Below, in pieces: positions 14,113-28,900 of a stretch of DNA of 64,000 nt. The stretch covers positions 6,884,001 to 6,948,000 of the forward strand of contig NC_087251.1 of the NCBI RefSeq assembly GCF_037042905.1, given 5' to 3'. The DNA comes from Lytechinus pictus. Lineage: Eukaryota. The notes below the pieces were generated by a model, which searched no databases, had not been told where the DNA came from, and saw only the letters and a list, made by a program, of their open reading frames with translations. Position 1 is the first letter of the stretch. The number at the start of each line of letters is the position of its first letter. The position numbers were made by a program, and so were the translations under genes.

Positions 14113-14718
14113 ATTTTACTGCTCAGTCAACAAACATAACTCAACGGCAGATAAATAATAAATGAGATCTTTCAGACTAATACTCTGTATCACACTATTT
14201 ATTGACATTTGAATCATAATAAACTATGCATACACAATAATGTGTATCAAGGCTACTCTACAAAGGTTAAAGTTTTTAGAATACTTACATAAATAGATAT
14301 TGCAACTTTGACTCATTCAAACTACATGTATTGTCAATTGCAGTAAATATATATCTTTTTCAATGATAGTATCATAATTATCATAAACAAATTCATGATT
14401 TCAGAACCATTTTTCTTTGCGACAATCAATAAATATATTCTTTCTTTGCTCTTAAACAATATTATTACAAAATACTGTTATACAGTATACTTTCCAGCTC
14501 GAAACGAGTGCCAAGTAGGTGTTTCATCAAGCGATTTGCAAGTGATTTTCATTATGAACTACTGTAATTCTTAACTCTGATTGGCTGAATAAAATTGGAA
14601 AAACCAATAACATGTTGCTTTGTGAAAAAATCTACCTAAAAAAAAACAAAACTGAATCATATACTAGTACAGGATGACAAATGTGTCTACTTCCACTATT
14701 AGAACTATTACTACTACT

Positions 14719-14985
14719 CAGTGGCATAATGAGCCAAAAGTTTTGAGGGGGCTAGATATCGCTTATCACGTAAAATCTATGAAAGTTGTGAGTGAAGTAA
14801 GTGAGTAAAAATTTCAACAGTGTTATTACAAAAATCTAATAATATGATAGATTTTGACATTATATTCAGAAAATAATACCAGATTTTACCTTTCTCTTTC
14901 CTTTTTTTTCTTCTTGTATCGTGAATTTTTATTTTTTTGATGGGGGGGGGGGCAATCGCCCCCCCCATCTGTATCCTACTGCTGC
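14719..14985. mobile_element. hAT-MITE (same family as 3304) inserted in a (CTA)n tract
   Basis: Starts CAGTGGCATAATGAGCCAAAA; absent at the paralogous CTA tract 35981-36028. Confidence 0.6.
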
Positions 14986-15077
14986 TGTTACCACTACTTA
15001 TTACAATACTACTACACCTACTACTACTGCTGCTACTACTACTACTACTACTACTACTACTAGTGCTATACTACTTT

Positions 15078-15109
<32 letters not shown>

Positions 15110-15125
15110 ATGTTACTACTACTGT

Positions 15126-15164
<39 letters not shown>

Positions 15165-15200
15165 AACAACTACTACTACTACTACTACCTCTACTATTAC
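14977..15200. repeat. (CTA)n microsatellite
   Basis: Direct reading; explains the poly-L/T/S ORFs. Confidence 0.95.
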
Positions 15201-16375
15201 AAATCATTATAACAGGGTGCTATTATTATATATCATTATGCAGCACTACTCTTCTTTCCCTTTACTTATCAAGTTCACTCATGCATGATCAGTGTGAAAA
15301 ATAACACACACCTTAATGTCCACCTAGGACACGGCAGATGAATTTTTTTTTTTTCTTCATATTTTGATCAAAAGTGACATATTAATAGAAACAGCTTACT
15401 AAAAAGATGCACGGCCAAAACACATCTATCCTTTTATCCCTTTTATATTTGCTCAAATATCAAAGATACTCCTCCTAAAATGATGAACTTTTCACATAAT
15501 CTCTTGGGAATACAGATATTCCATTCTCATCACTGAAGATGAAAAAAAAAGTATGTTTGAAAGAACTATATTATGATTGAAAAAAATGCATCGCCATTTA
15601 CTTATCTACTTAATAAAAAAAAGTCGGAATCTGTTTGAAACTGGACATTGTGCATCATGCATAAATAAGTTATTTTAGTAAAGCAGTGAGGTTGTGTAGT
15701 CTACACATATCATACTTGATAGTTAGAACTAACAGTATGAATGAAACATTCTACCAAATGTGCAATAGAAACCTTGCCCTTTTGAATTTGTCAGAAATGT
15801 TCAATATATTATCTATTATTTCATCTACATTTTATCTATATCATATACACTTGATATGATTTTCTTCCTTTTTAATACAGAAATAAATAATTTGTGGATT
15901 CAGATACCGCTTACGAACTAGTAACACATACACTCCATTAGCACCACAATTAGTAAAAATTTGCACATCACAAACTATAAAAACAAAAAAGGAAAATTCC
16001 AAAGTAAAAATAGAATTCTTATATAAGCCTAAGGAGATGTATTCAAAATCATTAAAACATCACTATCACTAAAAGCATTATGTGCATTCCAATGCAATAC
16101 TGTAGATGCCTGCAATATCTTCTATTTTACTGTGATATCTAAGGAACCAATATTGTCAGCTTATCTAATTACTCTGTTATCGTTCAAATGTCTATTATTT
16201 TATTAATATGCCCTGACTTGGATAAGCCATTGATTCATTTACATTACTTCAACAGATTCAAATCACTGTTGTCTGCCACTAAAGGGATAGATATTATCTA
16301 ATTTTATAGCTTCTACCTCCATCAAATCATGAAATATCTTTTCAAATGTTCAGATGAAATGTAAGTAAACATAGC

Positions 16376-19300
16376 TAGTAGACTTGTTAACTGCAAAAAA
16401 AGGGGTGAACGCTGCATTTTTTAGTACAAATGTCCCACTTGGCACAAATGTTCATTGAGTCAAAAGAAAAGGATTCATCCAAAGAGACACGCTGCATCTA
16501 TGCAAATAAGCAAGTAATTTGCATAAATTTGCATAATAGGTCGATATAGTGAAAACAAGTATTTGAGAATATATATTTAACCAGAACTGCCCTAAAATTG
16601 GAAATAAAGACTTAGGGTAAGAAAGAGAAGAAAATTGACATAAAATGATTGGGATATCCTTGTTAATTATTACCTAATTTACATGAATTATGCAAATTAT
16701 AATTTATAACACAGTAATTTTTTCATGAATCCTGAACTGTTTTATAAATAACAGCAATTAATACACAATGTCAACATTCTACATGAAAGAGAATATATTA
16801 GCGAAAACATCGATATGCTTCATGACAATATTAGTGTCTTAATTTGCTTATAAAGAGGGCAAATATGTCAAAATGTATGACGTGATATTGCGCTAAAACG
16901 AGACCAAAACAAGCTCTATGTCACAGTCACACTCACGAATCGAACAATAAAGCGATCAATGGTACGTCATTCGAAATAACACAATCCCAACACAATAGCT
17001 TCCATCGGCTTCTCGTATCGCTTTTGTTGATGTGTCCGCCACACCGTAATCTATGGTATATATGGGCAAAATGCATTTCGGTATCGGTAAAACACTATTA
17101 ATTTAGTTTTATTTGTTTCTCTTGGAAAATTTACAGGAGACATTGCTTTGCAGGTTACTGCTTTAATGAAGCTCTGGCACATGAATCATGACGAATGTAC
17201 CCCCACCTCAATCCATATTTTAACTTTGTTAAAATATATATCTTTTGGAGACCCCGAAGTGGCAAAACTGCATTCCCCGCGGCATTCCCGCTACTTTACA
17301 AAACCAGTTTGACTTGTATTATCGACATGGAAAAGACAGATGTATGAGACATCAGTTAACATGTTTCCTGAAGATAGTTTTTTTTTGTTTATTTAAGCCT
17401 ATGTCCACGGGAGCCCTCCCAATTTACCCCATCCCCTCTTTGTATTTCGACACTAAATAAAAAATATCGTGTTTTAAAGCCACCGGCAAGGCAAATTGCG
17501 TTTTTGGTATAATAAAGCAACTTTTATATCTTCATTTCATATTTATCTATATTAATATTATTATTATTATTAATATTATTATTATTATTGTTGTTGTTCT
17601 GCAGTTTGTAATAATGCTCTAGCACAGTAAAGGCTATAACCCAACAGGAGCATGCCTAGGATACACTTTCCCTTTTGGTTCTATGTATTCAAAAATAGTT
17701 TATTGTCTTTAGAACTCTTAAAAGATTACTTTTGTTTGTATTGATATCTTGAAATAGATTGAGGAGAAAATAATCTACAATTGACATGTAGAAGAGATGT
17801 GGTACATTGAAGAAAAGCCACACGTAAGCTCTAAAATACTCAAACCCCTTTTTTGATTCCACTCTATGTTAAATTTAAATATTTTTAGAGCCCATTCGGA
17901 AGAAAGATACATTTCTACTACACACAGTGAAGCCTCTTTACTTTCTCCTCTTGAAAAAAAAAACATAGAAGGCATTGTTTTATATCGCATAAAATAAGTT
18001 CTTGTACATGACGGTGGCCTGTCGAAGTTGCCCAACCCTTTATTTTGTTTTGACAAGATATATTTAGAATATCGTCTAAATGAAGCCCTCATCTGGAAAA
18101 GGGCACTTATTAAAGGCAGCATCTACATTATATAGAGGAGGCCCTGGTACTTGGAAGCGGGGCTGAAGCACCCGCAAGATTTTCCGGAAGGGGGGGGGGT
18201 GTGCTGCGTGTGTTATTCTCCATAGACAGCATCCCCTGGAATTCCGGCAGATGTGACAAAACGAAAAAAAAGAAACGTTACCAAAAAAACATAATTTTTT
18301 AGTGCAATCCATTTTGTTTATTTGCTTGTTAAATTTCTTGATGTAAATTTGAAAAGCAAAAAAGGTTCAATGTACAATTTTGGTCCCAAGAAATTTAACA
18401 AGCTTCAGCCCCTTCTTCCCAGTGCCAGGGCCTCCTCTATATAATGTAGATGCTGCCTTTAATAAGTGCCCTTTCCAGATGAGGGCTTCATTTAGACGAT
18501 ATTCTAAATATATATTGTCAAAACAAAATAAAGGGTTGGGCAACTTCGACGGGCCACCGTCATGTACACGAACCTATTTTATGAGATATAAAACGATGCC
18601 TTCTATGTTTTTTTTTTTCAAGAGGAGAACTGTCTGTCTTTTCCAAGTCGATTAAACAAGTCAAACTGGTTTTATAAAGTGGCGGGAATGCCAGGGGGAT
18701 GCAGTTTTGCCACTTCGGGGTCTCCAAAAGATATATATTTTAATAAAGTTAAAATATGGATTGAGGTAGGATACATTCGTCATGATTCATGTGCCAGAGT
18801 TTCATTAAAGCAGTAACCTGCTAAGCAATGTCTCCTGTAAATTTTCCAAGAGAAACAAATTAGAAACAAATAAAACAAAATTAATAGTGTTTTACCGATA
18901 CCGAAATGCATTTTGTCCATATGTATCATAGATTACGGTGTGGCAGACACACCAACAAAAGCGATGCGAGAAGCCGATGGAAGCTATTGTGTTGGGATTG
19001 TGTTATTTCGAATGACGTACCATTGATCGCTTTATTGTTCGATTCGTGAGTGTGACTGTGACATAGAGCTTGTTTTGGTCTCGTTTTAGCGCAATATCAC
19101 GTCATACATTTTGACATATTTGCCCTCTTTCTAAGCAAATTAAGACACTAATACTGTCATGAAGCATATAGATGTTTTCGCTAATATATTCTCTTTCATG
19201 TAGAATGTTGACATTGTGTATTAATTGCTGTTATTTATAAAACAATTCAGGATTCATGGAAAAATACTCTGTTTTAAATTATAATTTGCATAATTAATGT

Positions 19301-19595
19301 AAATTAGGTAATAATAAACAAGGATATCCCAATTATTTTATGACAATTTTCTTCCCTTTCTTACCCTAACTCTTTATTTCCAATTTTAGGGCAGTTCTGG
19401 TTAAATATATATTCTGAAATACTTGTTTTTACTATATCGACATAATATGCAAATTTATGCAAATTACTTGCTTATTTGCATAGATACAGCGTGTCTCTTT
19501 GGATAAATCTTTTTATTTTGACTCAAAGAACATTTGTGCCAAGTGGGACATTTGTACTAAAAAATGCAGCGTACAACCTCTTAACAAGTCTACTA
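16376..19595. mobile_element. 3.2-kb foldback non-autonomous DNA transposon, possibly Academ-like
   Basis: Termini TAGTAGACTTGTTAA / TTAACAAGTCTACTA; arms ~16376-17340 vs ~18630-19595 and ~17945-18170 vs ~18400-18630 are reverse complements; 3-bp TSD AGC deduced from the empty paralogous site AAACATAGCATATC near 37651-37664. Confidence 0.88.
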
Positions 19596-19982
19596 AGCAT
19601 ATCTACTTTTATCTGGGTCCTCATAACATAAAGCTTAGTGAATTGTTATGGGAGAGATTTTATTATTGATCATTCATACACAATAATCAATGAAATCAAT
19701 ATTGAAATCAACCCCACAGCAATCTTTATGTTATGGAGCTGAATACCAAGAGTGTTTGGTTGTCTACATCAGACCGATGTTAATGAATGAAATCAACCCT
19801 GTTTACATGAGGTGACATGGCAACAAGAGGTACTTAGATATCTTATCTACACCGTAGGAGGTAATAGTCAGAAACTAAAATCACATATTTAAAAGTTGAA
19901 GCACCACAAAGAATATTAAAAAAACAGCTGCACACACATATGGCTTGGAAGCTACTGGGTTTCATTGACAACCTCTGGTTCC

Positions 19983-22900
19983 TCATTTGATGAAATCACT
20001 GATGAGAGCATAAGAGAAAGAAAGACAGAGAGTGAGACAAAGAAGAAAATAAAGACAGAGAGAGAGAACTATATTATTATAATGGAATAAAATCAAAGTC
20101 AAGATGAGATTTGAATATGGATAACTTAAAATTTACTAAATCCTAAAGTAAGCATTAAAAATGAAATATATTCAAAAGTTTACAGTAAAATATTTTGCAA
20201 GTGTGACTTAAAATCAAAGTTGCATGTAGTATAATATAATGCATCACATCATTCATTGGTCAGGGAGCATGAATGAGATCATAAACTTGATACAATAAGC
20301 AATTTGGTGCAAAATCATTACTTAATTGGCTTAGTCGTGACTTATTGAAGGTCAAACTTAATTCCTTGTGAAACAGTCCCAGGAAAGAAAATTCTAAATC
20401 AATATGTTTACACAATTTCTAAATAACAAAATCAACTTGTTTACAGCTAACAAGGAAATAGAAATGGTCATAAACAGGAAGCAAAATAGAATTGTTACAG
20501 TATTCTAATATTTCAAATGCATTTGAACAGATTTTGTACTATTCAAAACCTACTTCCCATTAAATATTACAATAAGAGACTTTGGATATTCTAAAAATAC
20601 AACTTATACATATATGTTCACACAACTTTCAGGTATTGGATGGATCTTGACCATCGACGGCACATTCACAACAAAAATGGTTAAAATCTAAAAATGTATT
20701 TTTATTCAGAATTAACAGGAAAGAATGGAAACTGCAGTCTATGTACACAGAGATCAGATGGACTGAAATATGGAAATAAACTTAAATATCTGTATGCAAT
20801 AAATTCTATTTTTTCTATTACCATTTTGTCATTTATCCTCTAACTTTTAAAGAAATGTAGACATATGTTCACTTTTGCATAAATGATGTATTATCAAATT
20901 CAATAAAATAATACATACATGTACATTTTTATTCAATTTCCAACAAAATTACTTTGGCTTTGCTTTCTCAAAATAAAGTGAAGTGTTAAAGTTATTTTGT
21001 AACTCTACCTTAGTCTAAGGCTAGGCTAAAATGATGTGATGCTATAGGAGAGTTTGAAGAATCAAATTACTTATTTACACAGTATGCTTGTGAGTTAACT
21101 GGGATCATACTCATGTTTTAAAGGCAAAGAAAACTATCATATTCATCATTTCAAGATAGATTGTAATGTTTTGAATGCCAAATAAGGTGATAAATTGATA
21201 ACATACATGTAGTTATGGAAATTCATGTATTGTTTGGCAACCCATAGTTAAAAAAAATCAATAAACCATTGTTTAAGTTAAACCAGGGAATATGGACTAT
21301 TGGTTGGTCCATTCTAATCTTAAAATCAACTAGACTAATCAGGCATTTAGTCCACACTTCTATGGAAAGATTTCATCCTGCTTGATAATATTTATTAGAA
21401 ATTTAATATACCTGGGAACTCAGTTTAATTCATTTATATTCATACAATCTTTTTTCTTCTCATTACATACCAGAACTACTTTTCAAGAAACTTTACTTTA
21501 GAGGAAATCTGTAGTTGGTAAATGAGCTGATGACTTGCACTCGATTAAAGTATGGTCTCAGTTGAGTAATCCTTGGCCTCAGTTTAGTTAACCTTTGGTT
21601 AACTTCATCAATGCTATGAGAATATCACAGATTGTGTTCTTTGTTAATTGAACACATTATATTTCTATATGAATTACCTCAAAATAGATGGTAGCTTCGA
21701 TGAATAAGCAATGTTTTTATGTCCACAGCCCTCTTCACTATGAAATGAAACCATTTGGATTGGATCGGCTGAGGCTGGTCTTCTTTCAACAGCTATGTCA
21801 TAAAGCTAGGCAGAAAAAAAACATGTTGGTAGTTAATCAAATATGACTGATTTCTATGTCTAAATAACAATACAAATAAAGGGTATTTCTATACAATGTT
21901 ACATACTGATAGGCTATGCATGAATACGTGTTGCAAACCCCCTAATTCCTTTCCTGCATTTACATAAATATAATTTATTTATTAATTTTACAATGACAGA
22001 GGCATAATATAGATCTTTCACAAGAAGACTAATTTTGTATCTCAGCACCTCCCAATATTGTATGATAAATATGATAAAGTTTACCTTCCTTCCTAGGTCA
22101 TGTGGTACAATCCAGTCATCTTCAGCATGGAGAATAAGAATAGGACATGTCACATGCTCTATGCTGAATACAAAATATAATCAAATTTTCTATGATTTAT
22201 TTAAGAAAAATACAAAAGAATATTGTTATGGTATTATTTTCACCAGCAATAGCATCCTAACTTGCTGGCTTCTAAATCAGTCATCACTCATCTTTGAAAT
22301 TAGAAGAATTTTACATTTTAAACATAAACTTAATAAAATTGTTCCAGAAAACTTGACTGAAGCTTTAATGAGATTACAGCAATATATAAAGAAAGACTGG
22401 ATTCCAGGACTTGTATTTCATTTCCTCAGATAACAGAGATTTGATGGATTACACTATCTCTTTTTGAGCATCTTTCTTTCACATCATCTCATGGGTGCAT
22501 AAGGTGAACAAGTGGAACACCTCTGGAAGTCTCGCCTGCATTACGCGATTCGATATAGCAACAGTGCTGACTTTGAAAATAGCTATTGAATAATTATTCA
22601 CAAAAGAAAACATTCATATTATAATGATAATTATATGATATGATAATACTATGTCCATTGACCCAAAATGACCTTTGACCATGATCATGTGATCTAAGAT
22701 GTGTGTAAAACAATCATTTATACTTGATTACCCTTATGTCTATAGATTTATGAACTAGATCCATAGGGGAAGGCGGGTTAAGTTGAGCATAGGGGCAAGT
22801 TGAGCCACCAGCCCCAGGCCAATAATGAATGAGTCAGACATTGTGGTGGTGTCATGTATTGATGACCCATTGCATAACCCCTAAACCCACCACATTGTTT

Positions 22901-25900
22901 TCAACTTTGAAACAAAAGTACTTTTTTAGAGGGAAAAATACAAATTTCAGCCAAAAAAGTAAAAAAGGGAATGAAATAGATAAGTGCTTTCTACACACAC
23001 ACGTCTTTAGATATAATAAAGACATAAGAACAACATTGTTAGTCCAGGTATGATCTTAATTCTTGTCATAGTCTTTTACATGATGGATGCATAAGAAAGG
23101 TGTGGATTCAAAATTGTCGTATTAAGTTCGGACTGAAGTTGAGCCAGCCAACATGGGGCAAGTTGAGCCATGGTAATTCTTATGGTAATGCATATAAAAA
23201 ACAAACAAACCTTAAAAAGCCATTGATATGCAGGCAGAAAGGAGCAAATTTACATGTCTGTTCTATTCCTTTTAGAGGATGTTACTATTTATAGAGAATA
23301 AGCAAGTGAAAAGACTTTAAATAAAAAATTGACATGCTGGTTCTTCCTCCATACATTTTGTACAAATTTTGTGTGGCTCAACTTACCCCAGAATGTGGCT
23401 CAACTTACCCAACAGATGGGGCAAGTTGAGCCATTTGACATCACTTTTTTCAAAGGTGAAAATTACTTTCAGTGTGGGGGTAGAAAGTTATATATAGGTG
23501 AAAAATATTTCAGAAGAATTAAATTTTAAGGCAAGGTACTTATTTCTACAAGATTATTAATCATATCAATTCTAACATGCAAAAAGCAAAAGGTGTCACA
23601 ACTTAACCCGCCTTCCCCTAACATTTCAAAGTTACGATGGTAATTCAACAAATACCCCTAACATGGCCAAAGTTCATTGACCCTAAATGACCTTTGACCT
23701 TGGTCATGTGGCCTGAAACTAAGGCAGGATGTTCAGTAATACTTGATTACCATTATGTCCAAGTTTCATGAACTGGGTCCATATAGTTTCTAAGTTATGA
23801 TGTCATTTCAAAAACTTAATCTTAGGTTAAGATTTGATGTTGACGCTGCCGTCTGAAAAGTGGCGCCTATATAATAGTCTTGCTCTGCTATGCAGGCGAG
23901 ACAAAAATGATAATCTTTCCCTATGAAGGAATTGTATTATACATGTACTTCATACTGGTATGTGGTCAAATTTATACCGATGTGAGCGGATGAATATGTA
24001 GTTGTATATTTGAGGTTGTACTCCATTGTCATGATTATTTCTGTATCATAGGATATAGAAGGAGGGTAGTGGGAACTTACTTAACGTCACTCTGAAAGTA
24101 TGGAGCTGTAGAATTAAAAGCTTGATCAAAGTAACCTCTGCTGTATGGAAGAATGTTCCATGGCTATAAAAGAAGACAAATATACAGCTACATGTTATCA
24201 CACAATTCTCTTTTATATATCCATCTATGTGAAAGTCTGTAATACGCTACACTGAAAATATGGAGCCATAGAATTAAAAGCTAGATCAAAGTAACCTAAG
24301 TTGTATGGAGGAATGTTCCAGATATATAAATTAAGACAAATATTGTTTACATGATATATCATATATTCTATTTTCATCTCCTGTCTTTCTCCCTCCCCGG
24401 CATTCTCTTCATCACTCTCTCCTCTCCTTTCATCTCACCCTCCACCTCTCTATGATATCATCTTACTAATAATCTCACAATTCATGAATATGTCCCATAG
24501 CTGGATCAATTAGATAGAGTTATTTACCATTCCAAATGGATGTCTCATGACCTCATCTAGAAGGTTGTTGAATGGTGCTTCTAAGACTAGACCTGTAGGA
24601 CATCCCTCTATCAAATAAGAAATATAATGTATTACTCATTTACACACAGGATGACTATATGTTTCAGTCGAGTGTAGAGTATAGTGATTTTATGCATTAA
24701 ACTTTATGCAAAATAAAATGATTTTATATTTAAATGGTTTGTCAAAATCTGACAATAAAATAGATTGCAAAATTAAGTATATCATTCATGTTACAGGGTT
24801 CAACAAAGTAGATTTTCTATAGTACTGTTCACACTCACCTTCTCTGCATATTTTTGAAGTGAATACTGTGGATATTCTGAAAGAAAGAGAACAAATAAAA
24901 GTGGAATTAAATGCTGAAAATCAAAACTCATCATACAATCAACATACAAAATCTACAAATATATGTGTACATGTATAGGCATTTACAGTGACATTTGTCT
25001 CAAGAATATTCTATTCTTGGGCAAACTATTATTCTTATCTTGAGCACACATAACGTATGTATAAACATAAAAGAACAGAGAAATGTTTTGAACACAGCTG
25101 AATATTTACATCAATAAAAGTAAGTTATTTCAGTTGAGAATTTACTAAATCGTTGACCTGCAACTGCAATAGAATGGAATTAATTCATTCATTTGAGTTA
25201 GCTGTGAACAACAGGTTGAATATTGAGTTCAAAGAACCTTACCCGGCTCCAATGGAATGTCCCCAGATGTAGAAAGGGGAATCCCCTGTCCTTTCTCTCA
25301 GCCATCTATACACTGTTCTTACATCATCATGAATACCATCCGGAGTTGTATAACTTGATGAATCTCCATATCCTTAAAAAAAAAATATGGTCATTGGCTC
25401 ATTTCTTGCTTTGTTTCACAACAAGCAGAGCTTATTGATATTGCACAAATTTTGAAAATATGTATAAGAAAATCTTCTGGAAAACAGAAATTTAAGTCAT
25501 AAACTTGATAAGAGAAATTAAAAAAGTGTTGCGGCTCTGGCAGTCTCGCCTGCATTACGTGATTCAATATGGCAGCAGTGCTGACTTTGAAAACGACTAT
25601 ACAATAATTATTAAAAAAAAAAAAAAATCATAAAATAATAAAAATACTACGTTAATTGACCTAAATGACAACTGAACTTGATCATGTGACCTGTGCAAGA
25701 TGATCAGTGTTACTTGATTACCTCTATGTCCACATTTCATAAAAAAGATCCATAACCTTTGAAAGTTATTATGTTAATTCAACAAATACCCCCAATATGG
25801 CCTAAGTTCAATGACCCTACATGACATTTGACCTTAGACATGTGACCTGAAACTCAAGCAGGATGTTCAGTAATACTTCATTACTGTTATGTCAAAGTTT

Positions 25901-28900
25901 CATGAACTAGGTCCATAGGCTTTCTAAGTTATGATGGCATTTGAAAAACTTAACCTTGGGTTAAGATTTCAATGTTGACTCACCCAACATGGTCTAAGTT
26001 CATTGACTGTAAATGACCTTTGAACTTGGACATGCAACCTGAAATTCAGGCAGGATGTTCAGTAATACTTGATTTTCCTAAGGTCCATATACTTTCTAAA
26101 TATGATGTCATTTCAAAAACTTAACCTTAGGCTAAGATTTCAGTGTTGACGCTGCCGCCGTCGGAAAAGTGGCACCTATACTTTGTTGTAGTCTCACTCT
26201 GCTATGCAGGCAAACAAAAATGCCTTATTTGGATATAATCATGTGTAGAAAAACATCTTTTACACAGACAGCCAAATTCCTGTCATGCCAGACATTTTAA
26301 AAAGATGGTTTTTTTCAGATTCTCAAATGAATGATTAAAAAAAACTAGCACATCAATGATGTGGAGCTCGTCCGGCATCTCGCAACGAAATTTAACACAA
26401 TTTTTATTTCAGCCCAGTTGACACTGTAGTGAATTATATTGGTGACATAAATTGATAATATAGAATTGAAATTGATGAAGAAATGACATAGAAGCATTTT
26501 TTGTGATCTATGAATAATTTTCATATAAATTAAGCATAAATAACTTTCTAGTCAAAATTTCTTAACTCTGTGTAGAACCTTGGTGAACCTCATGCAGCTC
26601 TCAGATGGAACAAAAATAAACAAAATCAATCAACAAATAAATAAGTAATTTTTGTGAGTTTTGAAAATACATGAATAAATTAGCATATTTAATGAATTTC
26701 AAAATTCTGTGTTGAAATTTTGTATCACCACCTCGAGCTATTATATAAAGCAAACAAAATTGAAATTGATCAACAAATGAAGATTTTTTTTTTTTTTGTG
26801 ATTTATGAATAAATTTTGCATAAATTAGCATAAATAATTTTCCAGACAAAATTTCAAAATTTTGTGTACAAGTTTGGTGAACCTCATGCAGCTCTACCAG
26901 ATGGAAGAAAAAAAATCAAAATCTGTCAACAAATGAAGAGGCATTTTCTGTGATTTCTGAATAAATTTTGCATAAGTTAGCATAAATAATTTTCCAGACA
27001 AAATTTCAAAATTCTGTGTAGAAGTTTGGTGAACCTCATGAAGTTCTACCAGATGGAAGAAAAAAAAAAATCAAAATCGGTCAACAATTAAAGAAGAAAA
27101 AGCATTTTATGTGAATTTGTAAAAATATGCATAAATTAATTTCGCATAAATTAGTATAAAAATTGTTCTGGTCAAAATTTCAAAATTCTGTGTAGAAGTT
27201 TGGTGAACCTCATGAAACTCTACCAGATGGAAGCAAAAAATTCAAAATCGGTCAACAAATAAAGAAGCATTTTTTGTGAATTTTGAAAAATGTGCATAAA
27301 TTAGCATATTTAATGAATTTCAAAATTCTGTGTAGAAGTTTTGAATCCCCCACCTAGTGCTATCATATAAAGCAAACAGAATTGAAATTGGACTTAAAAT
27401 GGCGAAGAAGTAGCACTTAGAAATTGTGGACGGACGACAGACGCCAGACAACGGACGCCACGCCACGGCATAAGCTCATTTGGCATTTCAGGCAGGATGA
27501 GCTAAAAATGAAAGAAAAATAATCTAATTGTACAGACCTCGGTAGTCTACAGCAACAACATGGAATCCAAGTCTTATCAATAATTTATACAATTCTACTT
27601 GGTGTGGATTTGCTCTGTAAAATAACAAAACAAGAAAAGCATTTGTTTTACTATTCATTTTTTCCTCTTTGAATAATGATTTTAATTTGATCCAGTAACA
27701 AGTAAACTGAACAAATGAAAATGATATTGAAAACCAGAGATAGAAAGAGAAAAGGAAAAAAAACAAGTGGAGTGCCTCTGGCAGTCTCGCCGGCATTACA
27801 CGATGCAATATAGCAGCAGTGCCGACTTTGAAAATGACTATAAAATAATTATTTACAAAAAACACCACTTATAAGTAATAAAAATGATACGACCATCCAC
27901 CCAATATGTCATTTGACCTTGATCATGTGACCCAAGACTTGTGCAAGATGATTACTACCTCTATGTCCACATTTCATGAACTATATCCATAGAGTTATGA
28001 TGGCAATTCAACAATTATCTCCCAACATGGCCAAAGTTCAGTGATATTTGAACTTGGTCATGTGACCTGAAACTTGCACAGGATGTTCAGTGATGCTTGA
28101 TTACTCTTATGTCCAAGTTTTATGAACTACATGTACATCCATAAAACGTTCAAAGTTATGATGGTAATTCAACAAATACCCCTAACATGGCCAAAGTTCA
28201 TTGACCCTAATGACCTTTGACCTTGGTCATGTGACCCCAAACTTAGGCAGGATTTCAGTAATACTTCATTACCCCTATGTCCAAGTTTCATGAACTAGGT
28301 TCAAATACTTTCTAAGTTATGATGACATTTCAAAACCTTAACCTTAGGTTAAGATTTCGATGTTGATTCCCCCAACATAGTCCAAGTTCATTGACCCTTA
28401 ATGACCTTTGATCTCAGTCATGTGACCTGAAACTCAGGCAGGATATTTAGTAATGATAAGATTTCAATGTTGACACCACCATATCTGAAAAGTGGCGCCT
28501 ATAGTCTCGCTCTGCTATGCAGGCAAGACAAAGAGAGGTGAGAGAAAGAGGTATAGATTAAGGAGAGAGGTATAGGAGGGAGAGAGAAAAAAAAAACCAA
28601 TACTTTATTTGTATCATTTGATCAATCTTGAGAAAATAATTCCCAATAATCAATGTATATTTTTAACTTTGAATTTTACTTTTGGTTATTAGTACCTTGA
28701 ACCTGAAATGCCATGGCAGTACATAATCACTGGTCTATGGTCTCTTAATGCTTTATCAAAGAACTCTGCTGATATTTCATCATCTTCTCTGGCAGGTCTT
28801 ACAGAAGTTGGAAGAATTTGCCTAAAAACAAAACATATACAGTTTGATTTTAAGAGATTTTATTCCCATTGTACAAGTATCAAATATTATAGAGAAAATG

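Noticed and set aside
14921..15304. Poly-Thr/Leu/Ser ORFs resembling a signal peptide
   Set aside because: (CTA)n microsatellite read in different frames.
17775..18655. Two ORFs with matching peptide on opposite strands
   Set aside because: A by-product of the foldback arms; no transposase motif is recognisable.
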